Shown one piece after another: positions 10,800-21,420 of a DNA stretch of 64,000 nucleotides; position 1 is the stretch's first letter; each line of letters starts with the position of its first letter. Under the pieces are notes generated by a model, which was not told where the DNA came from, searched no databases, and was given only the letters and a program-made list of their open reading frames with translations. A program made the position numbers and the translations under genes. Location: positions 128,305-192,304 of the forward strand of contig CAZSOZ010000002.1 of NCBI GenBank assembly GCA_964608675.1, given 5' to 3'. Source of the DNA: an uncultured archaeon (lineage in GTDB: Archaea > Iainarchaeota > Iainarchaeia > Iainarchaeales > 1-14-0-10-31-34).

Positions 10800-11184
10800 T
10801 CAGAAACCTCCTTAAAAAATGAAGCCCCAAAAAAAATACAGCAGACAAAACTGCTGCTGAAACAATTGTTTCCTTTGTAAAAGGAAAAGAAAAAACTGAA
10901 GTCAAAATAAAAGTTGAAAAAACAATTATCCCCGTGCTTAAAACCACAGAAAAAAGAAAAGTTTCTATTAAAGGACAAGATTTTATAATCAGCCTGTAAA
11001 AAAGGTATCCGCTGAAAAACAAAGAAATAAATGCTGCAAAAATTTCATGCAAAAAAAAAGGAAAATAAATGCTTAAAGAAGAAACAGCAATAATAAACAA
11101 TCCAAAATTAAATAAATTAATTCTTGAAGAAATTTTTTTTGAAATTAAAATTAATTTAACTGAGTTGAAATCCATTAAAGCCAC
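10792..11184 (-). CDS. Small 4-TM membrane protein (DUF1616 N-terminus-like)
   Basis: Hydrophobic helices; FFSGY...IETFLFSVVLS pattern. Confidence 0.55.
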   Translation of the reverse strand: MALMDFNSVKLILISKKISSRINLFNFGLFIIAVSSLSIYFPFFLHEIFAAFISLFFSGYLFYRLIIKSCPLIETFLFSVVLSTGIIVFSTFILTSVFSFPFTKETIVSAAVLSAVFFLGLHFLRRFLNE

Positions 11185-11239
11185 AATTTAATAACATCAA
11201 AGTTATATAAATAAGTTAATAGAAAACACAAGATTTAAA

Positions 11240-12754
11240 TTGAGCAAAATCTTTCATTTAATCATGAAATACAAAAACATTTTAATTTCCTTGTTTATTT
11301 TAGTTCTGGTTTTATTCACAGTTTATTCTATTCACATAAATTATTTTCTGCCGTTTCATTCGGAAGAATTGGATCATTTAAATCTAGCAAAAGAAAGCCT
11401 TGACGGAAACTGGGAAATAGGTTTTACAATATTATACAAAACATTAAATTCACTGCTTTTAAACAACTTAAATCAATTACTTGTTTTTATTCCTGTAATT
11501 TTTGGATTAATAATCAGTTTTTCTTCTTTTATTTTAGGAAGGCATTTATTTAGAAACAGTCTTGCAGGATTACTGTCTGCAGTTTTTGTTTTGCTGATTC
11601 CCAGCAGTCCTGCTGTAATGGGATTATGGTTTGCGGTCCCAAATTCACTTGCATTGGCTTTAACTCCGATTTTACTGTATTTTTTTCTTAAAGGAACTGC
11701 AAACAAAAAACATGGTTTTTTATTTATTTTTTTGTTTTTGTCTGCAACAATAATTCACCCTGCATTTACTTTGATTTTAATTCCAATAATTGCAGTTTAC
11801 CTGTTTTTGAATCCCAAAACATTTGAAAGAAATCAATTAAAAATAGCAATAGCTTTAATTGCATTAATTTTAATTTTTCCATTTTTTGCTTCAAGACTTG
11901 GATTACAAGAAGTTTCTTTTTCACACAACACTTTTGCGTCAATTTCAGAAAACATAAACAAAGTAATAGTGTGGAAAGCAATAACTCATTACGCTCCTAA
12001 ATTTTATTTAACTGACTTTCTTGGGATTTATCTCCTATTTTTAGCCGGAATCGGAACAGGTTTAATAATAATGATGAGAGCATTAATTGAAATAAAAAGA
12101 AAAAAAAGACAACAATCTTTAATAGAAAAAGAATTCACTGTATCAAAACATCAAATAATACTTCCTCTTGGATTGATTATTCTGTCAGCATTATACCTTC
12201 ACTTTCACCTAAAAAATTATACTTTTATTGTTCCCTATGAAAGAATGTATCTTTCATTAATGCTTTTTCTTGCTTTAAGTGCAGGGGCAGGCTTTTATTT
12301 AATATGGAAAACACTCAAAAATAAATTAAAAAAAGAAATTTTGAAGCCGTTTGCAGGAGCAGGAATAATTTTAATTTTATTTTTTGTGTTAACTGTTCCT
12401 TTTGCACAAAAAAGTGAGTTATACAAAAACATTGAAACAAGCGGAATCCCTGCAGTGAACTGGATAAACGAATTCACTCCAAAAAACAGTTCATTTATTG
12501 CTATTCCAAGCCATTCACTGATAATAAAAAGTTTCACTGAAAGAAAAATTTTTGCTTCACCTCCAACCAGAGCAGGAATTCCAGATGACTTCCAGCTGGA
12601 AATCTTTTTCATTCAAAACTGCACAAACAAAAAAGAAACAATTCAAAAAACAAAAGCAAACTATATTTTTACAGAAAAAGAAATTGAATGCAGTTCATTT
12701 AACAAAATTTATGATAAAAAAGACTACAAAATATATAAGATTTTAAAGCCTTAA
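11240..12754 (+). CDS. GT-C-like polytopic membrane glycosyltransferase
   Basis: PFHSEELDH first-loop acidic motif, GWEIGF, many TMs, YER motif, C-terminal soluble domain (WINEFTPKNS...ANYIF). Confidence 0.65.
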   Translation: MSKIFHLIMKYKNILISLFILVLVLFTVYSIHINYFLPFHSEELDHLNLAKESLDGNWEIGFTILYKTLNSLLLNNLNQLLVFIPVIFGLIISFSSFILGRHLFRNSLAGLLSAVFVLLIPSSPAVMGLWFAVPNSLALALTPILLYFFLKGTANKKHGFLFIFLFLSATIIHPAFTLILIPIIAVYLFLNPKTFERNQLKIAIALIALILIFPFFASRLGLQEVSFSHNTFASISENINKVIVWKAITHYAPKFYLTDFLGIYLLFLAGIGTGLIIMMRALIEIKRKKRQQSLIEKEFTVSKHQIILPLGLIILSALYLHFHLKNYTFIVPYERMYLSLMLFLALSAGAGFYLIWKTLKNKLKKEILKPFAGAGIILILFFVLTVPFAQKSELYKNIETSGIPAVNWINEFTPKNSSFIAIPSHSLIIKSFTERKIFASPPTRAGIPDDFQLEIFFIQNCTNKKETIQKTKANYIFTEKEIECSSFNKIYDKKDYKIYKILKP

Positions 12755-15700
12755 AATAAAACCTTTTTTTTTGCCGTCTTTTTTCTTTTCATCCTTTTTA
12801 TCTTTTTCGAATTCAACTTTTTCTTTTTTAATTTGAATAAGTTTTTCTTCTTCGGCTTTCTTTGAATAATAAGAATCAACAAAAAAAGTTAAAACTAAAA
12901 CAGCAATAAGACTTAAAACAAAAACAATTAAGCCAAAAAATTTATTTAAAAATAAAACCAAAAAGAAAACAATAACTGAAAAAACCAAACTGAATGCAGT
13001 TCTGTAATTGGATTTTACAACAAAAATGCTTCCAAATTCAAAATAATGCCTGCTTAAAACAGAAAAAACATAAGCAGAAACCAAAAAAGCCAGCAGTAAT
13101 ATTACAGGAATCAAAAAAGGATTTGTTTGTTCAGGAGAACCAAAAAACAATTCAGCAAAAACATACACAAAAGAATAATTTGCCTGTTCTTCTGAAATAA
13201 CTTTAAATGAAGAATTAAAAACAACTGCTTTAATTGAACAAAGAACTTCGTAATTTCCTGTTTCGTCAACCAAAAAACTTATGCTCCCGTCTTTTCCGGT
13301 AAAAAATTCAAAAGACTTTTTTGAAGGAGTAATAACAGTTATTTTTTCGTTTTCAAGCGGTCCAAAAACAGAATGATACAATAAAATTTTTTGCACTTGC
13401 CCTGAAATAATTTCTTTCTGCATTGCCTCCAAAACAAATCCTTCTTTTATGCTTTTATCATTAACTACAACAAACTTAGTGTCAGGACAGCCTTCATCAA
13501 TCAATCCATCTAAATCGTCATCCAAATCATTATAACAGACTTCAACCAAATAAGAAAACAAATTAACTGAAAGAAGGTTATTAGATTTATTTTCTTCATC
13601 AATTTTATTTAAAGAATCAAGTTCAGCAAAAATGCTTCCATTAATTTCTTCAGAAAAATCAAAAGAAAGAACAATTCTGTCTGTTTTACCGCTTTTCAGA
13701 GAAAAACCAGAAATAGAATTAATTATTTTCTTTGAATTTTTTTCATTATAATAATATAACTGAACAGAAAAATTTTCTGCATCAATTATTCCCTGATTTT
13801 CCATTTCAAGTTCAAGCAAAACAGGTTCTCCAAAAATAACCGACAAATCATTCACCGGCCTAAAAAAATTAAGTTTTAAATCCGCTTTGGTTGAAACAAC
13901 AAAAAATATTTCAGTACACGAAGAAATTTTGCTTCCTAAAGCATCAGAAGCAACACAAACATCATAACTCTTATTTCCTATTAAATCAGAAGGAATAACA
14001 TAATCATAATCAACTACAACCGTAGACAAATCATCAAACTTTACATCAAAAAAAATTCTTGAAACAGAAACCAAATTTTTAAAATCCTGAAGCTTTATCC
14101 CTGCCTTCAAACTTGAAACTTTAACTGAATCAACTATTTCATTAGTAAATGAATCCCTTACAATAACAAAAAACTCTGATGAATCAACAAAACCATTATT
14201 TTTTACTTCAGCTGAAAGCTTTACTTTTTCTCCGGGATAAACAAGTTTTTTGTCTGCATTAACTTCACTGATTTTCAAGTTAACAGAATTAATATACTTA
14301 AACAAAACAAAAGAAAAAACATTGTTGAATTCATCTGATTCAGCAAAACTATTTTCGTAATCAAGAACAGCAATAACCTTATTTTCTATTTTAGAAAAAA
14401 CATCAGAAGAAACAGTAAACAAAAAAGTTTTTGTTTCCCCTGCATTAATAGAATCTATTTTCTCTGAAAATAAAAGGTTTTCCTGTAATTTTTGTCCGTC
14501 AAAAAAAGAAACTTTTACCTGAGGAGAAACAAATTTTCCTTTATTGCTTACAGTCAAAAAAGCCTTGATTTTTTCATCAACAACTATTTTAGGTTCAAAA
14601 TAAAAATCCTCAAGCTTTAAATCAAATCCGTTATCGATTACTCCATCATCATCATCATCAATTCCGTTTCCTTTTTCTTTTGAAACAATTTTAACCAGCA
14701 GTGAATCAGAATCATTTGAAGTATCTGCATCCAAATCAAGTCCATAACAATCAGAAGTGACTTTTATTTTAAAATCAGAATCAAAGCCAAGCAATTCAGG
14801 AGAAAAATAAAAACCTGAATTTTTTGCTGAAAAATCTCCTGCATAAACCACAGAAGAATAACTATCAGGAAGAATTTTCTGGACTCCGTCAACAGTCCAC
14901 AAATAAGAATAAAAACCGCTGTAAGAATCAATGAACTCCAAAAAAGAAATTTTTTTTTCAGAAAAAGAAATTGATTCAGGAGCAGAAGCAGAAAAAACAA
15001 AAAATAATTTGTTTCTTTCATCCAAAGAAGAAACATTAACACAAAAACTTTTATCAGAAAACTCGTTTAAATAATCCTTGTTTTCACCAAACTTTACATT
15101 AACTTCAAAAGGCACAACAAAAAAAGAAGGAATCTGAGAAGAATTAAATTTCAGTTTCCTTTGATTTAAAGCTGAATCAAAAACAGAAAAAAGTTTTTTT
15201 CCTGAATCCAGCACAACATAATCGCTTAATTCAACAGAATAATCAGCTTTGCATCCTTCATCAATTAATCCATCTGAATCGTCATCCAACTCATTATAAC
15301 ATATTTCGCTTTCAAAAACTTCCCCTGAAACACTAAAAACCAGTTTTTTTGAATTATTTTCCTTTGAAATTTCCTTAATTAGACCTTCTTTGTCTGCAAA
15401 AACTGTTAATTCTGTTTCTCCTGCAAAATCACTGGAACCAACAAAAAAAGAAAAAACTTTTTTTTCTCCTGAATTCAAACCATAAACAATCTTTGATTTT
15501 AAAGTTTTTTTATCTGAATCAATTGAAACAATGAATTTCTTTGAAATATCAGTTAAACCATTGTTTTTGACTTCAATTAAAACAGGAACCTGTTCTCCTT
15601 TTTCAACCGAATCAGGAAAATCAACAGAAGAAATTATTAAATCAGAGTAATCAGAAGGAGCAGACAATAAAACTTTTTCTTGAAAAAAATTATTGTTTTC

Positions 15701-16447
15701 GTTTTGTTCTTCAACAGAAAAATCAGAGTCAACCACTGCCTCCAAAAAATAGTTTCCTGGAAACAAAGAAAAAGAATTCAAATTAAAAGAAAGTTCTTTT
15801 ACTGCATCAGTATTCAAATGAACAACTTTTTTTTCTCCTATAAATATTTTATTTGAACCTGAAATTAAATACAAAGAAACAAAAAATGAATCTGAATCCA
15901 TTAAACCTGAATTTTTAACTGAAACTTTTACAGGAATATTTTTTTCAGAAAAAGCATTTTCAGGCCAAAAAACAGATTCAACTTCAAGGTCAGGTTTATT
16001 GCTTACAATTTTTACTGCTCCAACCCTTGAATCAAATACAACCGGCTTATCATCTGAATCAAACAAAGTCACTCTTAAAGTATAAGAACCGTCTTCTGCA
16101 TTAACAGAAATACCGCAGACATCCTGAATTGTATTAGAAGAAAATTCATTTGTTTTTTCGCACACAATTCCAGAATAAGTGTTTCTTACAATCCAGCCCA
16201 TTCCATTAACAATTCTTGTACAAACAGAATCAGACAAATCATTGTCTTTATAAATGTCAATTGAATAAGAAGAAGGACAAGAATACCTGTAAAAAAATTC
16301 AACAGGAACCTGTTCTCCGGGAGAAAAATAACCAGAATACGAAGAATTAATAACCAAAGGAGCATTAGGAGAATCAATATTAACCTGAGTCAAAGCTGAA
16401 GAAAAAGAAAAAAACAAAACTATAAAAAACAACATAAATTTTTTCAT
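12743..16447 (-). CDS. Large surface protein with multiple CARDB domains and Asp-rich metal-binding repeats, C-terminal TMs
   Basis: Signal peptide; repeated PDL/DL..V.N.G...E..E.NN CARDB motifs; CYN.LDDD.DGLIDEGC repeats; C-terminal TMs. Confidence 0.85.
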   Translation of the reverse strand: MKKFMLFFIVLFFSFSSALTQVNIDSPNAPLVINSSYSGYFSPGEQVPVEFFYRYSCPSSYSIDIYKDNDLSDSVCTRIVNGMGWIVRNTYSGIVCEKTNEFSSNTIQDVCGISVNAEDGSYTLRVTLFDSDDKPVVFDSRVGAVKIVSNKPDLEVESVFWPENAFSEKNIPVKVSVKNSGLMDSDSFFVSLYLISGSNKIFIGEKKVVHLNTDAVKELSFNLNSFSLFPGNYFLEAVVDSDFSVEEQNENNNFFQEKVLLSAPSDYSDLIISSVDFPDSVEKGEQVPVLIEVKNNGLTDISKKFIVSIDSDKKTLKSKIVYGLNSGEKKVFSFFVGSSDFAGETELTVFADKEGLIKEISKENNSKKLVFSVSGEVFESEICYNELDDDSDGLIDEGCKADYSVELSDYVVLDSGKKLFSVFDSALNQRKLKFNSSQIPSFFVVPFEVNVKFGENKDYLNEFSDKSFCVNVSSLDERNKLFFVFSASAPESISFSEKKISFLEFIDSYSGFYSYLWTVDGVQKILPDSYSSVVYAGDFSAKNSGFYFSPELLGFDSDFKIKVTSDCYGLDLDADTSNDSDSLLVKIVSKEKGNGIDDDDDGVIDNGFDLKLEDFYFEPKIVVDEKIKAFLTVSNKGKFVSPQVKVSFFDGQKLQENLLFSEKIDSINAGETKTFLFTVSSDVFSKIENKVIAVLDYENSFAESDEFNNVFSFVLFKYINSVNLKISEVNADKKLVYPGEKVKLSAEVKNNGFVDSSEFFVIVRDSFTNEIVDSVKVSSLKAGIKLQDFKNLVSVSRIFFDVKFDDLSTVVVDYDYVIPSDLIGNKSYDVCVASDALGSKISSCTEIFFVVSTKADLKLNFFRPVNDLSVIFGEPVLLELEMENQGIIDAENFSVQLYYYNEKNSKKIINSISGFSLKSGKTDRIVLSFDFSEEINGSIFAELDSLNKIDEENKSNNLLSVNLFSYLVEVCYNDLDDDLDGLIDEGCPDTKFVVVNDKSIKEGFVLEAMQKEIISGQVQKILLYHSVFGPLENEKITVITPSKKSFEFFTGKDGSISFLVDETGNYEVLCSIKAVVFNSSFKVISEEQANYSFVYVFAELFFGSPEQTNPFLIPVILLLAFLVSAYVFSVLSRHYFEFGSIFVVKSNYRTAFSLVFSVIVFFLVLFLNKFFGLIVFVLSLIAVLVLTFFVDSYYSKKAEEEKLIQIKKEKVEFEKDKKDEKKKDGKKKGFILRL

Positions 16448-16489
16448 ATTCTACCACTAAATTTTATGTTTCCTTATTAATAAATCTTT

Positions 16490-17728
16490 CTAACTTATCT
16501 CCTGTTTTTTCTGTAATTCAATTAATTCATTCTCAAGTGCGTCAAGTTCATTTTTGTAGTCTTCATACTGCTCTGAATAAACATTCCTTGAAATAATCTG
16601 CCTGTTAAAATAATCATCCTGAAGTTTTTTCATTAAAATCAAAAGCTTTTTTCTTTTTCTTTTCAAAAAAAGTTTTGACAAAAAAATTTTTCCCTGCTTA
16701 AATGAAACAAAAAAAATGTAAATGACAAACAAAATCGGAAAAATGTAAACAATTGCATTCTGCGCAATATAAAAATACAAGTATCCTTTAGGCTCAAAAT
16801 CAAAAGTTTTTTCTCCTGAATTACCATAAGGGTCTTCAACAAAAACATTAACATAAAAAATCTCTGAATTTAAGTCCTCTGTAGGAATCATCAAAGAAAA
16901 AATTCCTCCTGAATCCACCTGCAGTTTTTTTTTCTGGCTGTTAAATTCAATCCAAACATCAGGTTCAATTACAAGAGAGCCGTCAGCAGAATAAACAGGC
17001 TTAATCCTTAAATTCAAAGGCTTTCCAAAATTAAATTCCTTAACCAAAGGATGAATTAATTCAATATTAATTGGAACTTTTCTTATTTCAAAAGAAAAAG
17101 TATTGCTTCCGCCAAAATTTTCTTTTTTTCCAGAAGAAGCAACAACCATTAACTCTGTTTGCTTTAATTCAACGTCAACAGGAATTTCAACTCCTTCAAA
17201 AAAATAGATTCCATTTCCCTCAAAATACATTCTTCTCTTGAATCCATCAAAATCCCAGAAATAAACTTCAGCGTTTGCAACATTTTCTCCGGCATCAGTT
17301 AACTTAATTCTTACATCAAAAACATCTTTTCTAAAAAAAGAAGAACTTGAAGGAGAAATAAAATCAACCCTCAAATACTCGCATCTTACAGAAGAATCAA
17401 CGCTGAACATTCTTTCAATGGTTTCTTCTCCGTCATCAAGAATAAGAGTCCAGCTTCCTGCAGGATCAATACAAGAAATAAAATACTTAAAAGAAAAAAA
17501 ATTGTTTTCATCAGGCTGAACAAGAAAACTGTCAATTTCCTTGTTTCCGGGAAAAGCAGTCAAAGTAATTGAAACTTCATTAGAAGAAAAACCATTCAAA
17601 TCAATAAACTGCTCTTTAGAAAAACTTCCCTGATTAATTTCATAAGACAAACCAGAAACACACGAAAAAAACAATAAAAAGAAAACAAAAAACAAAAATT
17701 TTTCTGAAAAACTATTCCCACAAATCAT
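16490..17728 (-). CDS. Membrane-anchored Ig-like surface protein with cytoplasmic coiled-coil/SHOCT-like tail
   Basis: Start reassigned to ATG 17728 (GGGGGA RBS, signal peptide); C-terminal TM then LQDDYFN...Y; paralogous to the upstream gene. Confidence 0.75.
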   Translation of the reverse strand: MICGNSFSEKFLFFVFFLLFFSCVSGLSYEINQGSFSKEQFIDLNGFSSNEVSITLTAFPGNKEIDSFLVQPDENNFFSFKYFISCIDPAGSWTLILDDGEETIERMFSVDSSVRCEYLRVDFISPSSSSFFRKDVFDVRIKLTDAGENVANAEVYFWDFDGFKRRMYFEGNGIYFFEGVEIPVDVELKQTELMVVASSGKKENFGGSNTFSFEIRKVPINIELIHPLVKEFNFGKPLNLRIKPVYSADGSLVIEPDVWIEFNSQKKKLQVDSGGIFSLMIPTEDLNSEIFYVNVFVEDPYGNSGEKTFDFEPKGYLYFYIAQNAIVYIFPILFVIYIFFVSFKQGKIFLSKLFLKRKRKKLLILMKKLQDDYFNRQIISRNVYSEQYEDYKNELDALENELIELQKKQEIS

Positions 17729-19805
17729 TTTTGTTTCCCCCTGAATCTTCTGTTTTTTTATTTCTTTCTTCATTTGATTTTCTTGTTTCAGTTTTTTTCT
17801 TTTTTTTCTTTTCTTTTTTTGGCAAAGAAAACAAAGGAACAGCAGTATCATCATCAGAATAAGAACTTTTTTTCTTTACAGAAAAAACCTGTCCTAATTC
17901 AGAGTCATCAAAAGAATTTTTTTGTTTTTTTTCCCCAAAAACATCTGAATCACTTTCTTCATTCAAGCTTTCTTTTTCATTAAATCCTTCTTTTTTTGCT
18001 TTCTTAAATGCTTCTATTGCAGAATCAATATCCCTTAACTCAGAACTGTATTTTGAAAGCAAAGAATAATATTGTTCATTTCCAATTGAACCCAAATTAA
18101 AGTATTTATCCTGCAGGTCTCCTTTTAATTTTTCAAGCTGTTTTTTTCTCTTTAAAAGAGAATTCAATTGATTCATTCTGTTTCTTATAACAATAAAAAC
18201 AATAATAAGAAAAACAAAAGCAAAAATTACAGACAAAAAAAGCAAAGGGTTTTCCCTAAAATAATACTCCAAAGTAAGTTCGCCGGTAACTTCAAACAAT
18301 TTACTAAAAGAATCCCTGTTTCCAAAAGCATCAACTGCCTCAACAGACAAAAGAAGCTGTCTTGCATCAGACAAGTCATCGTTGTCCACTACATAAGAAA
18401 AAGAAAAAATTCCCTGCTCTTTTTCAGAAACAAAAATATTTTTGTCATTCAGTTTAACAAAAACTTTTGCTTTATTCAAGGCTTTGCCGTTGTCATAAGC
18501 CAGTTTAATTCTGAAATTCAATTCTTCTCCCAAAGCAACAGTCTGCTTTAAAGGCTCAAGCAAAAAAACATTAATTTGAGCGTTGTCAACAGTAATATTT
18601 AATTCATTTGAACCCCCATATTCAACTGAACCAATTTTTTTTTCTGCATTAACAATAATAGTTTGTTCCCCCAAAGGAAAATCAAAAGGAATAAAATAAG
18701 AAAAAGAATACTTTCCTGATGCAACCATCTTCAAATCAACTTTTTTTCCATCAGGAAATAATGCAATTACATCAGCATTATCAACAGGTTCTCCGTCAAA
18801 AGAAACATTCACCAGCATTTTTAATTCGTTTCCCCTGTTATATAATTCACTGTAATCAGAAGCAAAACCAACATCCAAAAAAATAGTTCCTGCTTCTTTT
18901 GTGACTACAGCAGTTTTTTTTTCGACACCCTGATTTTCAAATTTGTCTTCTCCTAAAACCTGAAATTCCCAGATTCCCTGAGGATAAATTAAACTGGTTC
19001 TTTCCTCCAAGACAAAAAAACCGTTTTCATCAGAACGAATTTTTGATTCAAAAATTTTGTTTCCTTTATTAAAAGCAGAAACCGTAATAATAGTTGAAAC
19101 CGGACTGCCTCTTTTTTTAAGCTGGCCCTGAAAAAAAATTATTTCTCCCAAAACATAATTGTTTTTATCCATAGAAAAATCCATTTCAAGAAAAGGGTTT
19201 ATGTCCACCATAAAATTATATGTGTCAGAAACACCAAGTTTTTCAGCATAAATTTCAGAAGCATATAACTCTTTAGGAGTTAATTCAGAAACAAGAAAGC
19301 TTACTGCATAAATTCCGTCGTTAGCTCTGTTATCTGAATGGTTTCCGTCGTCATACATAGGAATGTCGCCTGCAAAAGTCCTTACTCTTACATTAGCTTT
19401 TTTTGCAGGAACATTATCAGCTTTAACTCTGGCTTTAAAAGTTATTTCGTCTCCTCTCAAAAAAACATTTGAGTCATCAGGAGAAAGCAATTCAATTGAA
19501 ATTTCAGCAGGAGCACAATCAGCATCACAATTAGAAAAATCTTCTCCTGATTCACAAATATGGTTGCCGCAACAATAATATTTTATTTGAGCCCTGCACA
19601 ATCCAGTTAAACAGCTGTACTCCTTGCAGACTTCATTTGGAACATCGCCAGAACAAACCCCGCAGTCATTCGAACAAGTGCATTTGTCTTCACCTGAATC
19701 ACATACTCCGTCATTATCACAAACAGAAAAATTAAATTGTTCTGCAAAAACACCATTAACTAAATAAAATAATAAAAAAATGCACAATAAAACCTGTTTA
19801 TTCAT
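17712..19805 (-). CDS. Surface protein with Cys-rich repeats, choice-of-anchor-X-like motif, Ig-like domains and TM anchor
   Basis: Signal peptide; CDNDGVCDSGE...C and CGNHICESGE...CDADC; MYDDGNHSDNRANDGIY; TM then LQDKYFN. Confidence 0.8.
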   Translation of the reverse strand: MNKQVLLCIFLLFYLVNGVFAEQFNFSVCDNDGVCDSGEDKCTCSNDCGVCSGDVPNEVCKEYSCLTGLCRAQIKYYCCGNHICESGEDFSNCDADCAPAEISIELLSPDDSNVFLRGDEITFKARVKADNVPAKKANVRVRTFAGDIPMYDDGNHSDNRANDGIYAVSFLVSELTPKELYASEIYAEKLGVSDTYNFMVDINPFLEMDFSMDKNNYVLGEIIFFQGQLKKRGSPVSTIITVSAFNKGNKIFESKIRSDENGFFVLEERTSLIYPQGIWEFQVLGEDKFENQGVEKKTAVVTKEAGTIFLDVGFASDYSELYNRGNELKMLVNVSFDGEPVDNADVIALFPDGKKVDLKMVASGKYSFSYFIPFDFPLGEQTIIVNAEKKIGSVEYGGSNELNITVDNAQINVFLLEPLKQTVALGEELNFRIKLAYDNGKALNKAKVFVKLNDKNIFVSEKEQGIFSFSYVVDNDDLSDARQLLLSVEAVDAFGNRDSFSKLFEVTGELTLEYYFRENPLLFLSVIFAFVFLIIVFIVIRNRMNQLNSLLKRKKQLEKLKGDLQDKYFNLGSIGNEQYYSLLSKYSSELRDIDSAIEAFKKAKKEGFNEKESLNEESDSDVFGEKKQKNSFDDSELGQVFSVKKKSSYSDDDTAVPLFSLPKKEKKKKKKTETRKSNEERNKKTEDSGGNKNDLWE

Positions 19806-19809
19806 TAAT

Positions 19810-20673
19810 TCACCACAAACTTTCTTGATTTTTTTGTTTTTGTTTCTGCTTTATTCTTTCAAGAGTTATGCCTTTAGGAGTAATATTATAAGGCATTAAA
19901 TTCTTTGAATGATTACAGCAACGCATTTTTAGTATTTCCATTGCCCTTTTTCTTGTATTAGCTACTTTAACATTATACAAAACAATTACTCCGTCTCCTA
20001 AAAATTCTTCTATTCCTGTTCTTGAATAAATTCCTGGATCCTGTTCTGTTTCAGAAATAATATAATTAACTGAATCATACTGGTTAAGAGAATCAAACAT
20101 ATGTTTTATGTAATACCTGTAATTCTCTGAATTGCCCATAAACGCAACACTCAAAGAAGAAAGAGAATCAACTGCAATTTTGTCAGGAACAAAAGGCAAT
20201 TCAAGCTGTTCAACCTGCACCAATAAAGCTCTTCTCTGCTTTAACAAAGAAGCTTCAACACTCCTTGCAATCTTAAAAGGATTAATTTTAAGCATTGCAA
20301 ATTTTTCTTCCTGTTCAAAAGCCTCCAAATCCCAGCCATAATTATTCTTCATATGCCTTTTCAATTTTTCTGCTGATTCTTCAAACAAAATATAAACTGC
20401 TTTTTCTCCATTCAACAAACCATGATAAATTGACTGCATACAAAAAGTGCTTTTTCCTGTTCCGCATCCCCCTGAAACCAAAATAGTTGAACCTCTTTCA
20501 ATTCCTTTAGCGCTTAAATTTTCATCAAACCTGTCTACTCTTACAGGCAAAAATTCAATGTCTTCATCGATTTTTCTTTTCTGTTTTCTTTCCTTCAAAT
20601 CCTCTAATTCTTCTTCATCAATGTCTCCAGGAGCAATTTCCTCTTTTCCTGCAAATTTAATTCCAAACGGCAT
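19810..20673 (-). CDS. KaiC-like RecA-superfamily ATPase (single domain)
   Basis: GIERGSTILVSGGCGTGKST Walker A, FEE, IAVDSLS Walker B, EILKMR; start reassigned to ATG 20673. Confidence 0.9.
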   Translation of the reverse strand: MPFGIKFAGKEEIAPGDIDEEELEDLKERKQKRKIDEDIEFLPVRVDRFDENLSAKGIERGSTILVSGGCGTGKSTFCMQSIYHGLLNGEKAVYILFEESAEKLKRHMKNNYGWDLEAFEQEEKFAMLKINPFKIARSVEASLLKQRRALLVQVEQLELPFVPDKIAVDSLSSLSVAFMGNSENYRYYIKHMFDSLNQYDSVNYIISETEQDPGIYSRTGIEEFLGDGVIVLYNVKVANTRKRAMEILKMRCCNHSKNLMPYNITPKGITLERIKQKQKQKNQESLW

Positions 20674-20796
20674 TAACCACACCCAACAAGCCAACACAAA
20701 AAAAACAGCTTTCTCTAAGCATTTTATTTAAACTAATATAAAAAGCTTTGCCAAAAAAACGAAAAAAAACGCAAAAAATATATAAAAAATATATAT

Positions 20797-21306
20797 TCAG
20801 ATGTTTTCTTTTTTTCTTAATTTTTCTGTTTCAATTCTCAGTCTGCCAAGCTTTACTCCTGCCAGATTAATTCTTTTTCTGTTTGTTCCAACAATGTTTC
20901 CTTTTCTGTTAACAAAAATGTATTTGTATTGATGCACAAAATTATTGAATGCAGGATTCATTTTTGCTTCCTTTTTTAATGACGCCTGAACTTCCTGCAA
21001 AGCTTTTTTTGTCTGGCTTGAATGCTCCTTAAATACTTCTCTTGCACCAACAGACACTCCAAAAATTCCAGAAGCTAAAGCTATAGCAAGACTTTTTTGA
21101 AATCCATGATTATTCATAAAAGAGCCCCCAAAACCTGCTGCCAATGCCGTTGTTCCTGTAATTGCACTTGTTTTAACACTTTTCTTAAACCTGTTTTTTT
21201 TATGAGATTTTAAGTATTCAATTGAATTAATTGAATTTTTTCCTCTAAGTTTTCCTGTAAAAGAATTTTTTCTGGGTTTTTTTATTTTCGGTTTTCTTGG
21301 TTTCAT
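20797..21306 (-). CDS. Basic orphan protein with Gly/Ala-rich hydrophobic hairpin
   Basis: MKPRKPKIKKPRK N-terminus with GGGG RBS; two Gly-rich hydrophobic helices. Confidence 0.65.
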   Translation of the reverse strand: MKPRKPKIKKPRKNSFTGKLRGKNSINSIEYLKSHKKNRFKKSVKTSAITGTTALAAGFGGSFMNNHGFQKSLAIALASGIFGVSVGAREVFKEHSSQTKKALQEVQASLKKEAKMNPAFNNFVHQYKYIFVNRKGNIVGTNRKRINLAGVKLGRLRIETEKLRKKENI

Positions 21307-21420
21307 GTTTCCCCACAAAAAAAACAATTGTTTTTTGAAATATTTAAAGTTAACCTAAAAAACAAAAAAAAAGGATTTGAAACATCTTATTATTAAATTT
21401 CCTTTCAATATTTTTTTTTA

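Noticed and set aside
19810..20673. Circadian clock
   Set aside because: Single-domain KaiC-like ATPase without kaiA/kaiB.
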